From contig CM052830.1 of NCBI GenBank assembly GCA_028534125.1, positions 24,366,138 to 24,430,000 on the forward strand: DNA of 63,863 bases, written 5' to 3'. The DNA comes from Lama glama (Eukaryota). The notes under the pieces are model-generated. The model saw only the letters and a list, made by a program, of their open reading frames with translations. It was not told the DNA's origin and did no database searches. Below are positions 1 to 13,830 of the stretch, piece by piece. Numbering within the stretch: the first letter of the stretch is position 1; every line of letters begins with the position of its first letter. The position numbers and the translations under genes are program-made.

Positions 1-80
1 ATATCCACCCACCTATCCAGCCATCTATCCAGCCATATATCAATCCAGCCATCCATCCATCCACCCATTATTCCTTCATT
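1..80. repeat. Degenerate (ATCC)n/(TCCA)n microsatellite
   Basis: Repeated atcc/ccatcc/cagcc units directly visible. Confidence 0.8.
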
Positions 81-189
81 CCTTTGACCAGCCTTTTTCA
101 AGGGCGTCCAGCTTGTTTTCGAGATGACCTAAGACACTGTGAGACACAGAATCCAGCTACTGCTTCTAGTATCTATACCAGAGGCTCCT

Positions 190-330
190 NNNNNNNNNNN
201 NNNNNNNNNNNNNNNNNNNNNNNNNNNNNNNNNNNNNNNNNNNNNNNNNNNNNNNNNNNNNNNNNNNNNNNNNNNNNNNNNNNNNNNNNNNNNNNNNNNN
301 NNNNNNNNNNNNNNNNNNNNNNNNNNNNNN
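190..330. other. Assembly gap (141 N)
   Basis: Run of N. Confidence 1.
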
Positions 331-755
331 CAGCAACATGGATGCTCCCAGAGAATGTCATTCTAAGTGAAGTAAGCCAGAAAGAGAAAGAAAAATACCG
401 TATGATACCACTCATATGTGGAGTCTAAAAAAACACAAACAAAAACAACCAACAAACAAAGCATAAATACAAAACAGAAACAGACTCATAGACACAGAAT
501 ACAAACTTGTGGTTGTCAAGGGGGTGGGGATTGGGAAGGGATAGATGGGATTTCAAAATTGTAGAATAGATAAACAAGATTATACTGTATAGCCCAGGGA
601 GATATACACAAGATCTTATGGTAGCTCACAGAGAAAAAAATGTGACAATGAATATATATATATGTTCATGTATGACTGAAAAATTGTGCTCTACACTGGA
701 ATTTGACACAACATTGTAAAATGATTATAAATCAATAAAAAATGTTTAAAAAAAA
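331..755 (+). mobile_element. LINE-1 3' end (ORF2 C-terminus, 3' UTR, A-tail), relatively young
   Basis: Translation ATWMLPENVILSEVSQKEKEKYRMIPLICGV* matches the typical L1 ORF2 C-terminus. It is followed by a G-rich UTR tract, AATAAA and an A-rich tail. Confidence 0.92.
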
Positions 756-1470
756 GAATGCTGCTAAAAAAATAATACAAGATGCATGATGGCTCAAGAT
801 CATACACCATCTCTGTGGTTTCCTAGATCAGCAGGGCCCAGATTGGAGGGGAACTCAAGGAATACAATTTAAAAAATATTTCTCTGACTGCCCCTGTCAT
901 TCTAAGGCACCTCAAATTTCTTGCCATTTAGTTCTGAGGTTTCCCAGAGGGTGCCACACCATTTATGGGGGTCTCTGGGTGCCTGACACCAGCCTGCTCA
1001 TCCGCTCTGCCTTGCTGAGCTGAAGACTTCGGTCACCACCAATGCAGCAGCCTCAGAGGGCACATGGCAAAGCCCGGTGCGCCGGGGGCACCACCAAGGG
1101 CCCTGCTGCTGCTGGCGGAGTCGCTGGTACTTGTGTTGACGCCACTCATGCCCCGCACCTGCCTTACCCAACACCAGGGATAGGTGACCGGGCAGGAGAC
1201 GATCTCTCGTCCCATCCAGCAGCAGTTGCTGGCCCCAAAGCAGCAACTGTCTCAGACCACTAGCAACTATGACCATCATTACAAAGCTGCTCTTTTATAA
1301 TTCCTTCTGCAGCCCTCCCTACAGAAGAGGGCTCAGATGTCAGGCCAGTGGAGCAGCGGCGGGGCAGGCGCATCCCGTGTGCCGCGTCTAGGCCGTCCCT
1401 GGTCCAGGTGACTGCCTTATGAGGAAGGGAAGGGACTTGAGGTTTGATGATATAAAATATTTAACAGTGA

Positions 1471-1625
1471 ATATCTCACAACAACCTTGGGAAAGATGTA
1501 TCATTAACAACCTCTTTTACAGATGGAAATACAGAAGTCAGAGAAAGTAGGTGATTTATTTAAAGCCAGACAGCTACTGAATGCAGAGTCAGGGTCCACG
1601 TGGAGGTTTCTCGGACTCCAGAGCC
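1471..1625 (-). mobile_element. MIR SINE
   Basis: Reverse MIR core: ctcacaacaacc...ttttacagatggaaatacagaagtcagag...gactccagagcc. Confidence 0.75.
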
Positions 1626-2584
1626 ACGTTTTGTCCCCACATCTCCGAGAGCTTAGGCTGAAAGGGGTTGGACCTCAAAACCGCTGAGCACAGTGATGAA
1701 GATTTGGGTCTCATCCCAGACAGAGCTTTACCCAAGCACCGGTCGTCAGCAGGCGCTTGGGTGACTCACCCTGGCAGTGACGAAGGCCGATAATGAAAAA
1801 GACTGTGGGGATGAAGCCCAGGCCCCCTCCTCATAAAGAGTGGACTTCACAGCAGTAGAGACAGGGTTAGCTGCCCCCAAAGGCATCTCTATATGTGATA
1901 GATGGTCGGCCTGACTCCTGATCATTTCAAAACGCACACATTCATCAGCGTCACCCAGCCCCAGAGGAGCACTCAGCCAGCAGATTCACCCCAGCGCTTT
2001 TCCTAAGTGCAGGCTGTGTCTGTGTCCTCCTTGCGGACACCAGCCACGGTGGCCGGTCCCCTTCGACTCCCGGCTGTCCTTGACCATCAGGGTGTCAGTG
2101 TGCTGTAGCTGGATTTTATGCCTACGGCTTTCCTGTGGCATTTTCCAGTTTGACAGGGAATGACACACACATGCTTCAGTTCCCCATTATGTATGTCCTA
2201 GTCTCGCCCTTCCAGTTAAGGAGCATGAAGTTTCCGCGACACACACACCAGTGAACCCCCTCCCCTTATTCCCCCCCCCTCTCGAGGCAGGAGGCGGTGT
2301 TACAGCCCAGGGCAGCCACTTCCTCCAGTCACAAGGGGTGGTCACAGGTGTACTGAGCGCTCAGCCCAGAGCCCTGCACAAGACGGAATTCAGACCCCGC
2401 CCTCCGAGAGCTGAGGACACCATCCAGGCACAACCACGCCACGCGGCAGAGGATGAAGTGCTGGGTTTGCGGCAACAAGAAGGGATTCATGAAGTCAGAG
2501 GTAAATGTAGAGCCGCACTCACAGGGAAGGCCTCATGCACGGCGGCAGGAGGTGGAAGGATTAAATCTGGGTCTTGAAAGAGGC

Positions 2585-2700
2585 TAGGATTCTAATTCAG
2601 AGACAGATCTCGGTGGGGTCTGGGCTCTGCCCCTCACAGCTGGGTATCCTTGACCACGCGCCCTCTCTGAGCCTGTTTCCTAACCTACCAAGTAGGATGA
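2585..2700 (+). mobile_element. MIR SINE fragment
   Basis: ggctctgcccctcacagctgggtatccttg...ctctctgagcctgtttcc resembles the MIR core. Confidence 0.6.
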
Positions 2701-3177
2701 TCTGACGCCCTCTGAGGACTGCGGTCCTGGCCGTCCCTGCCTCCCGCTAGTGCCCAACACGGTGTGAAAATGGCAGTGCGACCCCTTAGCATGGCTCTGG
2801 GGTCCCAAAGGCCGGGAACCCGGAGTGACGTCTGTAACGCATTGGCAGCCACCTCTGGGCTGACCTGACGTGTGGGGTCGCAGAGCCTGGTCTGAATCGA
2901 TGGGAACCTGTGGACGATCTCCCTTATGCCACAGATGGGCAGAGCCATGCATTTCACTGCAGAAAAACCCGTGTGTCTGACTGTGGACGCTTCCTCAGAC
3001 CCCACCAGGGCGACATGCAATATGTTGCATGTCACGTGTTCCTGAAGCAGAGCCTGAGCAGCCCTGCGCTGAGACACCCCCGGCCACAGGGGCCCGTGTC
3101 CGCACACAGCCTTGGCTCAGAGGAAGGCAGTGGCATCCCCAGCCTCTAGCCCCATGACCGACAGCTGCCACGCAGAG

Positions 3178-3372
3178 CCGGGTTCGGCAGACTTTCTTCT
3201 ATAAAGGGCCAGACAGTAAATACTTTAGGCCTGGGAGGCCGCACATGGTCTCTGTTGTAACTATTCAACTCTGCAGCGTGAAACAGCTACCACAGAAGGA
3301 CATGGCTGTGTTCCAATAAAACTTTATTTACAAAGACCAGACAGCTGGCGGGGTTTGGCCGTGGGCTGTGAT
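3178..3372 (-). mobile_element. MER58A (hAT-Charlie MITE)
   Basis: taaagggccagacagtaaatactttaggc and ggctgtgttccaataaaactttatttacaaa are diagnostic MER58A segments. Confidence 0.85.
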
Positions 3373-4959
3373 GAGCTGACTCAGAGGCAGAGGAACAGGT
3401 TTGAGGCCTGGAAAGAGCTCCTGGTCACCTACTTCATCCCACCCCGACCTCCGAGAGGGGCAGGGAAGGCTGGCTCAGGGCCGGAGTCCAGGCCTGTGAC
3501 TCTCAGTGTCAGGTGGCAAGTCCCCCTCCTCCCTGGAGTGGACTCCGCCCTGCACAGGCCTTCTGCCCCCCCGGGAGCCGGGCAGAGAGCCAGTGAGCCT
3601 CTCTGGGTCCTGATTCAGTGCCAGGGAGCATCGGAAGCAGAAGAGAGCCTGAATTTCCTCATTCAACAGAAGGGAAATATCAACGCGAAAGTCAGAGCGA
3701 TGAGAGGTGTGAAATCGAGTCTCAGGGCTCTTTGTCTGTAAAGGTCATCTGGCCTCTGGCCGGGCTGCAGGGTGGGTGCTGCCAGCCCAGACCACAGCCA
3801 GAGTGAGGGTGGCAGATGACAGCTACCCAGGGCCTGGGGACAAGGCAGCTCTGCTCACCATCTGCCACGTTCCTTCCCTCCCCTCAGCCAGAGTGGGAAG
3901 AGCTCTGCCTTTTGGCAAGGTACCACCGGGCGCCAGTCCCTCCCAACGTCATGCCAAGAAGCAGGAAGCAATGACAGATGCTCACCAAGGGCCCTGGGGT
4001 GGGGTCAGAGGGCACCACGCGGGTGGACACCACAAGCCCGTGCCACCTGGGAGAGGGGCAGCTGTGGGCAGGAGCTGCGCAGCCAGCCTGGGCCCAGGAA
4101 GCCGATGCGGAGAACGGGAGGCAGATCCGGAGTCACAGAGCCCGAGCAGAAGGGAGCTTCAGCCACGCTGCCCTTCACCCCCATTTCACAGGGGAGAGGA
4201 CTGAGCCCTGACATCACACACTTGTCAGCAGCAAAGGGGGATGTACCAGCCCCGTGTCCTGGGCCCCGGCCGAGGCCTCTCTGACCCAAACGGCTGTGTC
4301 CCTGGGAAACGGGATCTGACAGCAGTGCCTGCGTCGCAGGGCTGCTTTGAAGGGTCAGTGAGCAACTGCCCTGGAGAAGCTTTCCCAGAGCCGGGTCCCT
4401 CACCCGGGCTGTCCTGATGCTCCTCTTTGTTGGCTCAGACTGACTGACTCATTTTTCTCAGGGATGCAAAGAATGGCCTGACTGCTCATCGATCGGCCCA
4501 GCATGAGGCTTCTGCCTTTGCGTCAGCTGAGAGAGAGGGATGGACCCTGCAGGCTGTGCGTGTGTATCCACCCTCCACCCGCACCCGCCTTCCATCCAGG
4601 GCCCCACCTTCTCGTCACATGCATGCGTATGCACAGATAATGTATCTCTGTCTGTATATTCAGGACATTATCCTGGAGACTGGCTCAGAAGCACACCAAC
4701 CAAACCAAAAGCAGTCCCTTTCCAGTGTCCACCGCCATCCCTCAAAACAGGGAGAGGGTGGGCAGATAGCCCGGAAAGCCTTCTCAGGCGCCCCTCCCTC
4801 TGCTGGAAGCCTGGCTCTCAGGAGCCCCAGGAGGCACCACCAATCGCCAGGTGGACTTTCTCACCTCAAAGCAACAGGTCCCAACCTGGAAGCACCATCT
4901 CCCTCACGCCCTGGCTCCCTTCCTGGGTCACGCTGATGGAGACAGGGTCCCACAGCGAC

Positions 4960-5168
4960 TAAGAGCTCAGGTCTGGGGGCAGGACGCTGGGCTCACGTCT
5001 GGGCTCGACCACTTACTGGCTAGGGGGCCCCAGGCGAGTTAGTCTCTCCGCCCCTCGGTTTCCCTGTCTGTAAAAAGGGAGGAAGTGTGGCGCCTCCCTT
5101 ACAGGGCTGCTGTGACTCCGCCAGTTAATACACTACGTGTGCACGCATCGGGCGCCCAGTGAGCTAAT
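4960..5168 (+). mobile_element. MIR SINE
   Basis: ccacttactggct...ctcggtttccctgtctgtaaaaaggg...acagggctgctgtga. Confidence 0.7.
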
Positions 5169-8100
5169 AGCATTCGGTGCCCACAGCCACCACTCGTTTC
5201 CCCAAACGTGGGGCCGGCTCGGCTCCAGCCAGCGGACACGCTTTCCACTTCCAGCCCTGCCCTCGGTCGCCCCCTGTCCTCCTCCAGCCCGCCTCCGCAC
5301 CAGGGCCCCTGCTGGCCCGTCGAGTGCGCCCTCCTCCGAGTCACAAGCGCGCCGCTCCGCCTGCCCCAGGGGCCACTCCGGGCGTGGCCTTGCCCTGCTG
5401 TCTTCCTTCTGCTTTTGATGAGAGCGGAGAGTGTGCCGTCCGAAATTTTTATGTCAGGCCCTTGATATTTACTTCCTAGCCCTGAGCCAGCTCTGCTTAT
5501 AAGGTCTGTCGATGAGACCGTCACACCTTGTTCCTGGTTCCGCCCGTTCACGTGTGAAGTCACTGCTCGGCTCCAAGAGCAGCTCACTTTTTAGAACATG
5601 CGACATTTTGTCTCTAACAAAGGCCTCAAGCGGTCAGCACCTCAGTTGGCGCGTGTTCCCCAGGACAACTTGAGAAGCGCTCCGCTCCGTAGAGACAGAC
5701 CTGTCGGCCAGGTGATTGGCTGGCCGACGGGCAGCCCTTCCAGGGAGCCGGGCGCAAGGCCCCGGGGCCGGTCAGCAGGGAGGGGCCTGGTCCTGGGCCG
5801 CAGCATCCGCAGGAAGCACCTGTCAGCTGTGCCCTGGTCCCTTTGATCTTCCCTCAGTGCCCCCTCCTTGGGGGCACTCTCAGGCCCAGACTGGCTCCTG
5901 CGAGGATCCTGCCGGGACCTGCTCTCTTAGGGCCGGGAAACCAGCTCCCGCGAGTGCTGGTGCAGCCTTGATGGATTCTGCTGGCGGGGGGCCCTGGCCT
6001 GGCTCCCCCGTCCATACTGCTCAGCAGAAGCCTTTTTAGAACAGAGCCAAAGAGAAGTGGAAGGCGTTGTCTGCCTGGTGAACGGACCTTTGCTGACTGG
6101 GGACGGTGTTTTCTTTCTTTTTCTTCCTCTCAGCTACTTGTCAGACATTCTAGCTTCTCTTTCTGTCCCTCGCCCTCCTCGGCACTCCCCTCCCTCTCAA
6201 CACAGTAAAAAGCACAGTGTGTCTTGGAGCAACAGAGTAATGACTTTCAGTTTTGTTACCTTCTGCCTCAAATAATTGTTGGAAGATGACGAGGTGCACA
6301 ACAAAAGGATGGATGGATGGGCGGATGGACGGATGAGTGGCACGCAGCAGCGCAAGCACGTGGCCCTTAAGCGTGTCTGCCAAGTCTTGTCTTTTTTTCA
6401 CCTGGTTTCCTAAAATCATTAGGACGGGGATAAACTAAATGCCGACCAAACTTCTGATAATTCTGTTTTCTTTAAACTGGTGGTTCCTCACTCATGTTTG
6501 TGGATGGGGCCGTCAGGCTGTTGCCTCCTCCCTGGGTAACCTACCTGTAATCCAGGTAGCTGTCACCAGGTGGCAGGTCACCGACGCCCCTTTGTGGCCT
6601 GCCACCCAAATGTCTGGAGTTTCCACAGTCGATGCTGAGAAAAGCAGAATGGACTTCCTCACTGAACAGCTGGGGAAACTACAAGTCAGTGGGGGTGGGG
6701 CCGGCCCGAGCCACGTGGGTTTGGCCGCTGCACACACACAGGGCTGAGCTTGCACCACTGTGGACTGACGGCTCGGAACAGCCCCTCCCGCACCGCCGCG
6801 CTCTTCACAAAACGGCTTCTCCCCATTCCACCTTCTCTGATCAGAAGTCAACCACAAAGGACACAGTCATAAAACCCCACACAGACCCAGGACGATTTGA
6901 AAAGCAGCGCACAAATCAGGCACCAACTTCCACGGCCCAGCCCTCGACAGCGGAGACAAACGTGCCGTGAAAGCCTACGAGAGGCTCTGTTTCACCTGGG
7001 CTCGGACTGAGGAGAACAAACTCGGGAGGCCCAGTGCCATGGCGGGTGAGGCTCATGACCGTCTCTCTGGTGCCCAGGAGCTAGGGTGCTTGCATCACCA
7101 CCAGCCAGAGAACGACTAAAACTCGTAACAAGCAGGAAGGCGCGGGCGCCGACCCAGCCCGCAGCTCAGGAGCCGTGCCAGACGTGGCCTTCTGCTGCTG
7201 ATTCCGTGGAGGGGCCCAGAAGGGGGCGGCGAGAGGGCTCGGGAGCGCGGGGAATCCGGGGGCTTGGGATGGGGTTCCCACCAGCCCCTGCAGGTGCATC
7301 TGAGTGTTCCAAGAACCGAACACCTCCTGCGGGGTGCACCGGCCAAACAGCAAGCTTGCAAGGTAGCTGGTGCCGTCCCACTTTCAAAGAGGAAGGTGTG
7401 AGGCTTGGGGGGAGGAGACTTCCCTGAGGGCCCCAGGCCAGTAAGGGGACTGCTTGGCTGGGAAGGAAATGACGTCAGAGTCGCTGGGAGGGGGCGGGAG
7501 TGTCTGGGCCACAGATTCAGTGAGAGTCGAGGGTTTCAGCTGGGAAGTCTCCCCGACAGCTCTCATCCGAGGAGCTTAGAGAAAAGCAGCTACTCGTCGA
7601 ATGGCTTACAGAGGGGTCTCAGGGCAGCTTCTTCCTCCCCAGGGAGCCTGCGTCTCACGGCAAACACGATGAACACTCATCAGCCGTGCCCAGACGCTGA
7701 GGCCTCCCTCCCCACGAGAGACAGTGCAGCCCTCCAGCTGCGTTCCTGGGCAGCCCTGCGTGCGAGGAACGGAACGTCCAGACACTGCCGGGCCGAGGGC
7801 CACGGATCGGAGCACCTCTACGTGGCGGCCGGAGAGGCCTGGCAGAAGTCGAAGCTACCAGCCCATCCTCAGTACTTATGAAGCACTCGGCCTGCAGAGC
7901 GTTGGCAGGTGTGAGTGGTCCTTTCACCGGTGTCGAGTCACATGGCCCGTGGGCCGAGCGTCGTGCCCCGGCCTCAGCCACCGCGTCCCTCTTGCACTCG
8001 GCTTACACATTTGGGTGCGATTCCAATGGCACAATAATTTTTCAAGTCAGCAAACCACTGACCTTATTCACTCACCACGTTTTACTGATGAGGAAATGAG

Positions 8101-9329
8101 GCACAGGGCTGGTGACCAGCTGTCACATGGTGGGGTGGCCTCCCGATGACTAGTCCAAGCCTCTGTCCACTTGGCCTCCCACCTCCTTACCATGTGCCCA
8201 ACACTCTGCCGCACAAAGGTGTGAGGGAAGAAAAGAAAAAAAAATGTTCATCCTCATTGGGCAAAGGGTGGGCAGACTCGGCTGTGAGCAAAGGCTCAAA
8301 AGACCCAAAGCTGTTGTCCTGGGTGCATTATGTGTATCCAGGAGTCAGGCTGCAGACACTCAGGGAGGCAGAGGTCAGTTGATCTGGAATGTTGGTGACT
8401 TGAGCTGGCCCCCGAAGGATGAGCAGGACTTGGAGGAGCAAAAAAGAGAGACGGGGAGATGCCGGGGGGGAGTGGCCTGGGCAAAGGGCTCGGCAGGAAG
8501 TGGTGGAAAGACGTCGACGTGGGGAGACCCCGGACCGTGTAGCCCCACTTCTCTGTCGGCCACTTGCCGTTCTTTGGCCGTATCGGACAGAGCAGAGCCC
8601 TGGCTCCCGAACTCTCCCGGCCGCCAGAAGCACTGGGTGGGGGGCTTTCAGTAACGAGGGTCCTGGGTTCCACTAGTTCTGAGGCAGAAGGTTCAAGCTC
8701 TACACTTTGAGAACCCGAGGCCCCTGAGTTCCCGTCCAGCTGTGAGATTCTGCAGTTTTCTGATGCCTCCGGGGCGGGGGCGGGGGAGCATTTGGACCTC
8801 TCCCCATAGAACTCAGAAAGCACACTGCTCTCGGCAGATGCGTGCCTGTCCAGAGCCCTCAGGAAGGAGGGCTGCATCCTTCGGGGGGGACACGGGCCTG
8901 CCTCCCCACCCCCACCGGCTCCGCAAGTCCCGGGCACCCAAGTCCCTGACGACCGGCGATGCTTTGCTCCTGGTGTTTGCCCGAAGAAGGGTGACGCCTG
9001 TGTGAAGCCGCCCACGCCTGGCTCCTTGATTCCAGCCACTCCCTCTCACCCCGAAAGCCCACAGCCTCTCCCTTCACCCCGCCTCCCGGCTCCAGGGCAC
9101 GTCACCCATTCATAGCTGGCGGGTGGGTGCTTTAGGCTCGGCACCAGGACATGTATTTTTTTCAAGCTGGAAAATTACTTTTACTGGATACTTAATCGGC
9201 CTCAAAGAGGAGCCAGCGATCCCTGCCTCCCAGTACCCAGGCTGTCGTGTGGTCCCCTCCCGCGGTGTGCAGGGCTGATCTGCATGATCAACAGAGCGCT
9301 GCAGAAGGGACAGCGTGGGGCTGCTGATG

Positions 9330-9690
9330 TCGGTGTGAAGGACACTGGGACCTCTGTGCTGCTCTCCGGGATGCCCTGCTCTGGGGGAAGCCAGTGCCGT
9401 GCCGTGAGGACACTCAAACGGTCAAAGGAGAGGGCCGTGTGGTGGGAAACAGAGACCTCTTGCCAACAGCGGCGCGAAGGAGCCACCTTGGAAGCGTCCT
9501 CTGTCCTCGGCAGAACTTCAGGTGACCGCAGCCCCGGCCAGCAGGCTGACTACAGCCTCGTGAGGGGCTGTGAACAGAAGCCGCTTCTGGAGCCCTGACT
9601 CTCGGGACTGTGAGGCGGCACATGCTTACTGTTTCAAGGCACAGATTTGGGGGAGTAACTTGTTACGCAGCAATAGACGATGAACACACT
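9330..9690 (+). mobile_element. MLT1F-like MaLR LTR
   Basis: gctctgggggaagccagtgccgtgccgtgaggacactcaa and the terminal ttgttacgcagcaataga match the MLT1F/E consensus. Confidence 0.7.
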
Positions 9691-9699
9691 TGTAAATAC

Positions 9700-10160
9700 T
9701 GTATTTTCCTTAAAAGATGGGGTCATAATACACATACTGCTCAGAAAACAACTTTTTCATTTAAACAACGTATCACGAACGTCTTCCAAGTCAGTAAATC
9801 CGTATCTATAATCATTTTGAATAAATATTCAGAATTTTATGGAACCAACGTACCGTAATTTAGCTAACCGCTTCTCTCAGTCTCAAAATTTTCACTGTTA
9901 CAGTAAAAATTGCAGTGGCCATTTTGGTGAGTAACTCTTTCTATGACATCCATGTTTTCCCGGGATAAATTCTTAGAAGAGGAATTGCTGGATCAAAGGC
10001 TGTGTTTGGGGCGACAGTTTCAAACTGTGTTTCCAGAAAGTGTGTGTGATTCTTTCCAGGAGGATCTGAGAGCTCCTGCTCGGGAGGCAAACCCTCCCAA
10101 AACGTTTACTGTTTTGCCCACCTTGTAAGTTTTCAAAGTGGCCTTTGATTGCTTGAACGT
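9700..10160 (-). mobile_element. Ancient L1 (L1ME-like) 3' fragment
   Basis: AT-rich block containing ggataaattcttagaagaggaattgctggatcaaagg, a typical reverse L1M motif. Confidence 0.6.
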
Positions 10161-12859
10161 TCTTCTCTTTTACTGTTAATCACAGCAGCTTTGAAACTGG
10201 GTGTGTGGGCAGCCCTGGGTAGGGAGGTCTCAGAGGTGGAGAGGGCTCTGCCCACCTCCCCACCCCAAACAGCCCTCGGGAGACCCTGGACTTCCTCTGT
10301 TTCTAAGCCGCCTCCTCCTTTTTCTCTCCCCAGGGTTTGGGCAGAGGAGAAGGGGGGTCCTTCTCGAAGCCAGGCCAGGGTCTTGGTTTGCCCCTGCAGA
10401 TGAAGGCACTGGAATCGCTAGGTCCCCAGCTGCGATCTGTCCTGCGGCTGGTGGGGTGGGGTCCAGCTGTCGGACCTCTCCGCCTGTTCCCATAGATGAG
10501 GAAACACACTGCCTCCATTCCCCCACTCCCGGCCCGTTCTAGCTTGAGGGAAAGAACATGGTATTTAAATTAGTGATGCCACGGACAGAACATGAGCTTC
10601 GCGGTCAGACTAAGCCACTGAGCGCGTCACTCGTCAGAGAGAAGATGGGCACCGCTCTTGGTGGGCGGCTTCCCAACCCTGCTGCTGGGGTCCCCACAGT
10701 TGGGGGGTCTCCCGGGGGCCAGCTTCCTCCACTTTCTGGAGAGCGGGAAGAAAGCAGAGGAAAGGGGAGAAGGGGGAGTAGGGGCCCCCAGGTCCTGTGG
10801 GCCCCACACCCCGCGCCTGCTGTCCCCAGGGACAGTGGGCCCGCCTCGCTGCCTCACGTGAAACACTGCACGGATGCACTGCAGCCCGCTTTTCAGTGCT
10901 GCCACAGCCATAGAGGGAGACGACATTATTAGGAAGGAAAAAAAGAGCTGGCTGATTAATAATGTAAAACACCTGCGCGCCTGACAGCCCTCCTGCTGGG
11001 AAACACACAAAAGCCACAGCCGCTCCCCCAGGTAGCCCAGGGCCCGGGGTCCAGATTCCCCCGGGATGCTCGCCCGCTCCTCACCCCCACCTGCCCAGCG
11101 CACCCTGACAGCCAGCTCCCCCAGACACCTGTCTAACGCCACTGCCGAGAGGACGCCTCCCTTTCTCCCCTGGCGAGGTGGCACGGAGCACTTTTACCAC
11201 AAAGACCAAGCGGAGCTGCGCGGAGACCGGGACAGCTCCGCGGTTCCAGACTGTCCCGGGAGACGGCGCTCAATTAAGAGGCTGGTTACTCTTTCTGTGC
11301 GAGCCTCGGAAGGCCCCAGGTAACAGCTCCTATAAATTCTACGGCAGGTGATGGCGAGTCACAGCCCGTCTTTTTGCCTTTGGGGAGGAGGCGTCGAGAG
11401 CAGGGATGGCAGATGTGGGTTGCACATGCTGCCGGCCCCCTGCCCGGATTGGAAGGGACATTTCCACTTAGTCACACACACCGTCTGCCTTGGAACGCTT
11501 CACATCCCTGACGGTGCGGTGTTCCCCCCCACCAGCCGGCAAGCCCCCCCGAGAGCGTCCTAGCAGGGACCTGCTAGCCAGCCCTGAGCTCAGTCATTCT
11601 CTCCAGCCCTTGCTCCCTCACTCTGTTTGTAACATTAAAGAAACATGTTCATTAGAAATCCAAACAGCTCTGCGTATTTCTAACCCCTGCAATAACTGTA
11701 AGTACACGCACACACTTAACACGTGATCACTGTTCCTGCTTCGCAGAAACAGGCAGAAAGTGAGGCTTAAAGAGCTCAAACACCGAACCCAGAACCTAAC
11801 AACTAACAAATGGAAGAGCTGGGATTTGAACACACGCTGACTAACCCAGCCCAGAACACAGCTTAACAGAGACGTGAATTCTGGTAGGAACATCTTAAAT
11901 GACCAATGAAACATTGACTCTGGAACTCCTGGCAATGAGGAGCGAGGGAAACTGGGGCATCATTACCCCCAAACCACATCATGTGAGCCTGCCTGGTGAG
12001 ACTGAGATCTTAATTTGTTCTCCATCAAAGGCTCCGGGTGTGATGTGAGGACTTGCAGAGAAAGGGAAGGGGCACGCCTGCCTCTCTTCAGATGCTCTTG
12101 GATGCCTGCCTTCTGGCTCCTTGCGAGACCCTGGCAGTGTCTGGGCAGGAGTCAAGTCTCCAGGGTGCCCTCTGGGTCTGGCTGCCTTCTCAACCCTAAG
12201 GACCCAGAGTTACAGGCAAGCTCCCCACTGCTGTGTTTCCACCAGGCATCTCCCTGCAGGAAATGTTAAATCTGTAAGTCACGTGCCTGAAAGAGGTTAG
12301 AAAGAAGTAGGGGAAGGTACGTGAAGAATCAGCCCCTCCCAGCACCTGGGAAGGACGGTGCTGAGAACGGGCCACTAGAGGTGGACCCTGCAGTGCAGGG
12401 CCAGCCCCCCAAACCACAGGCACCAGAGGGGTGGGGCCTGAGGGGAACGCCTCATTCTCCTCCTCTGTGTCAGCATCCCAGCCACTTCTGCCGTCTTTCT
12501 CTCCCGGTCCCGCTGTGGGGATGCACAAGTCCACGTCTGTGTGGCCCCTCCCCTAAGGTGGCACGTGACCCAGACTTCTCCATGAGCAATGGGGGGGGGC
12601 AGGGAGAGGATGTTAGCACTCATTACGTGCAAGCACTCTAGGTACCTCATCTCATCCTTGGCCCTTTGAATTGGGCGTACAGTCTGAACTTCATCGCGGT
12701 GCCAACGGAAACTGAAGCGGTTAAGCAATTTGCCCACACGGCTGGAAGGCGTGGCTGAGCGCCTGTCCAGGGCCTGTCTGTCCAGCCTCCTCGAGCTGAG
12801 CAATAAATCCGAGCTGGCCCACCGCCGGGCTCCAACCCTCCTGCGTAGGGGCCTCCTGG

Positions 12860-13036
12860 CAGCGGGGTTGCCAGTGCATCAGGTTTCCAGGGCGGCAGGG
12901 CGAGTTGGACACGGATGCTCCCGCCTCCAGATCCCGACCGGAGGCCTGGGCGGGGCCTGAGCACCTGCATTCTAATGAGCTCTCAGATGCTGCTACTGCT
13001 GCTGGGCTGGGGGCGTGATACTTTGAGAACCGTGCT
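12860..13036 (-). mobile_element. MER5A (hAT-Charlie)
   Basis: gggcggggcctgagcacctgcattctaa...gctgctgg...actttgagaacc terminal motif. Confidence 0.7.
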
Positions 13037-13609
13037 TCCAATCATAAGAGTGGGTGTCTAACGAGGGAGCTTCAGCCCTCCAGCAGGAGAACATCTGGGG
13101 CTCGAGGGGCTTTCCAGCGACCCTGGCAGGGCCAAGTGGGCGGCGGCCCTGCGCCCCCAGGCTTGGGCCCAAGCCTTTGATGTGCTCCAGGTGGGGCCGT
13201 GCACTCAGTGCCTGATCTCTGGAGCAGAGCGCTCAGTGCTGGCTCGGCCCTGGTCACGGTGCAGGCGGGAGCGGCCCGAGCACCTGGCAAGCGCGGGGAA
13301 ACTGGACGGCAGCGGTGGGGCTGACGGGGGCTGACAGGCTACAGCGAATGCCGCACAGCCAAGTGCAGCAGCTGCCTCCACCTGTCCAGCAACGGACACA
13401 AAGCAGCGAGGGGGCAAAGGCAGAGCAGCTGCTCCCGGGGGCACCGCATGGAGGGCCGGGCAGGATTCACACTCAGCCGGGCAGGAGCTTCCTGTCCACC
13501 CAGACTGTCCCAGGTGGCCTTCAGGGGGTGGGAAACCCAGGATCAGGAGGAAACAGGTGATGAGGGCAGCCTCTGGACGCCTGTGAAGGTGCAGATACCA
13601 GCGCTTGCT

Positions 13610-13830
13610 CTAATAAGAGCTCACATTTACTGGGCTGTTACTAGGCTCCAGGCAAAGCACGTTTGATGGATTACACAATTTACCCCTCCCGACAGCCCTG
13701 TCAGGGATTTACTGTTCTCACTTGCCTGACAAGGAAAGTGGGGTTCAGAGAGATTGCGTACATTTCCTAACACAGCACAGCTGCTCAGCAGCAGAACTGC
13801 GATCTGAGCTGACACCCGTCCTCTCCAGAT
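13610..13830 (-). mobile_element. MIR SINE
   Basis: taataagagctcacatttactgg...aggaaagtggggttcagagagatt...cacacagct-like reverse MIR pattern. Confidence 0.65.
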
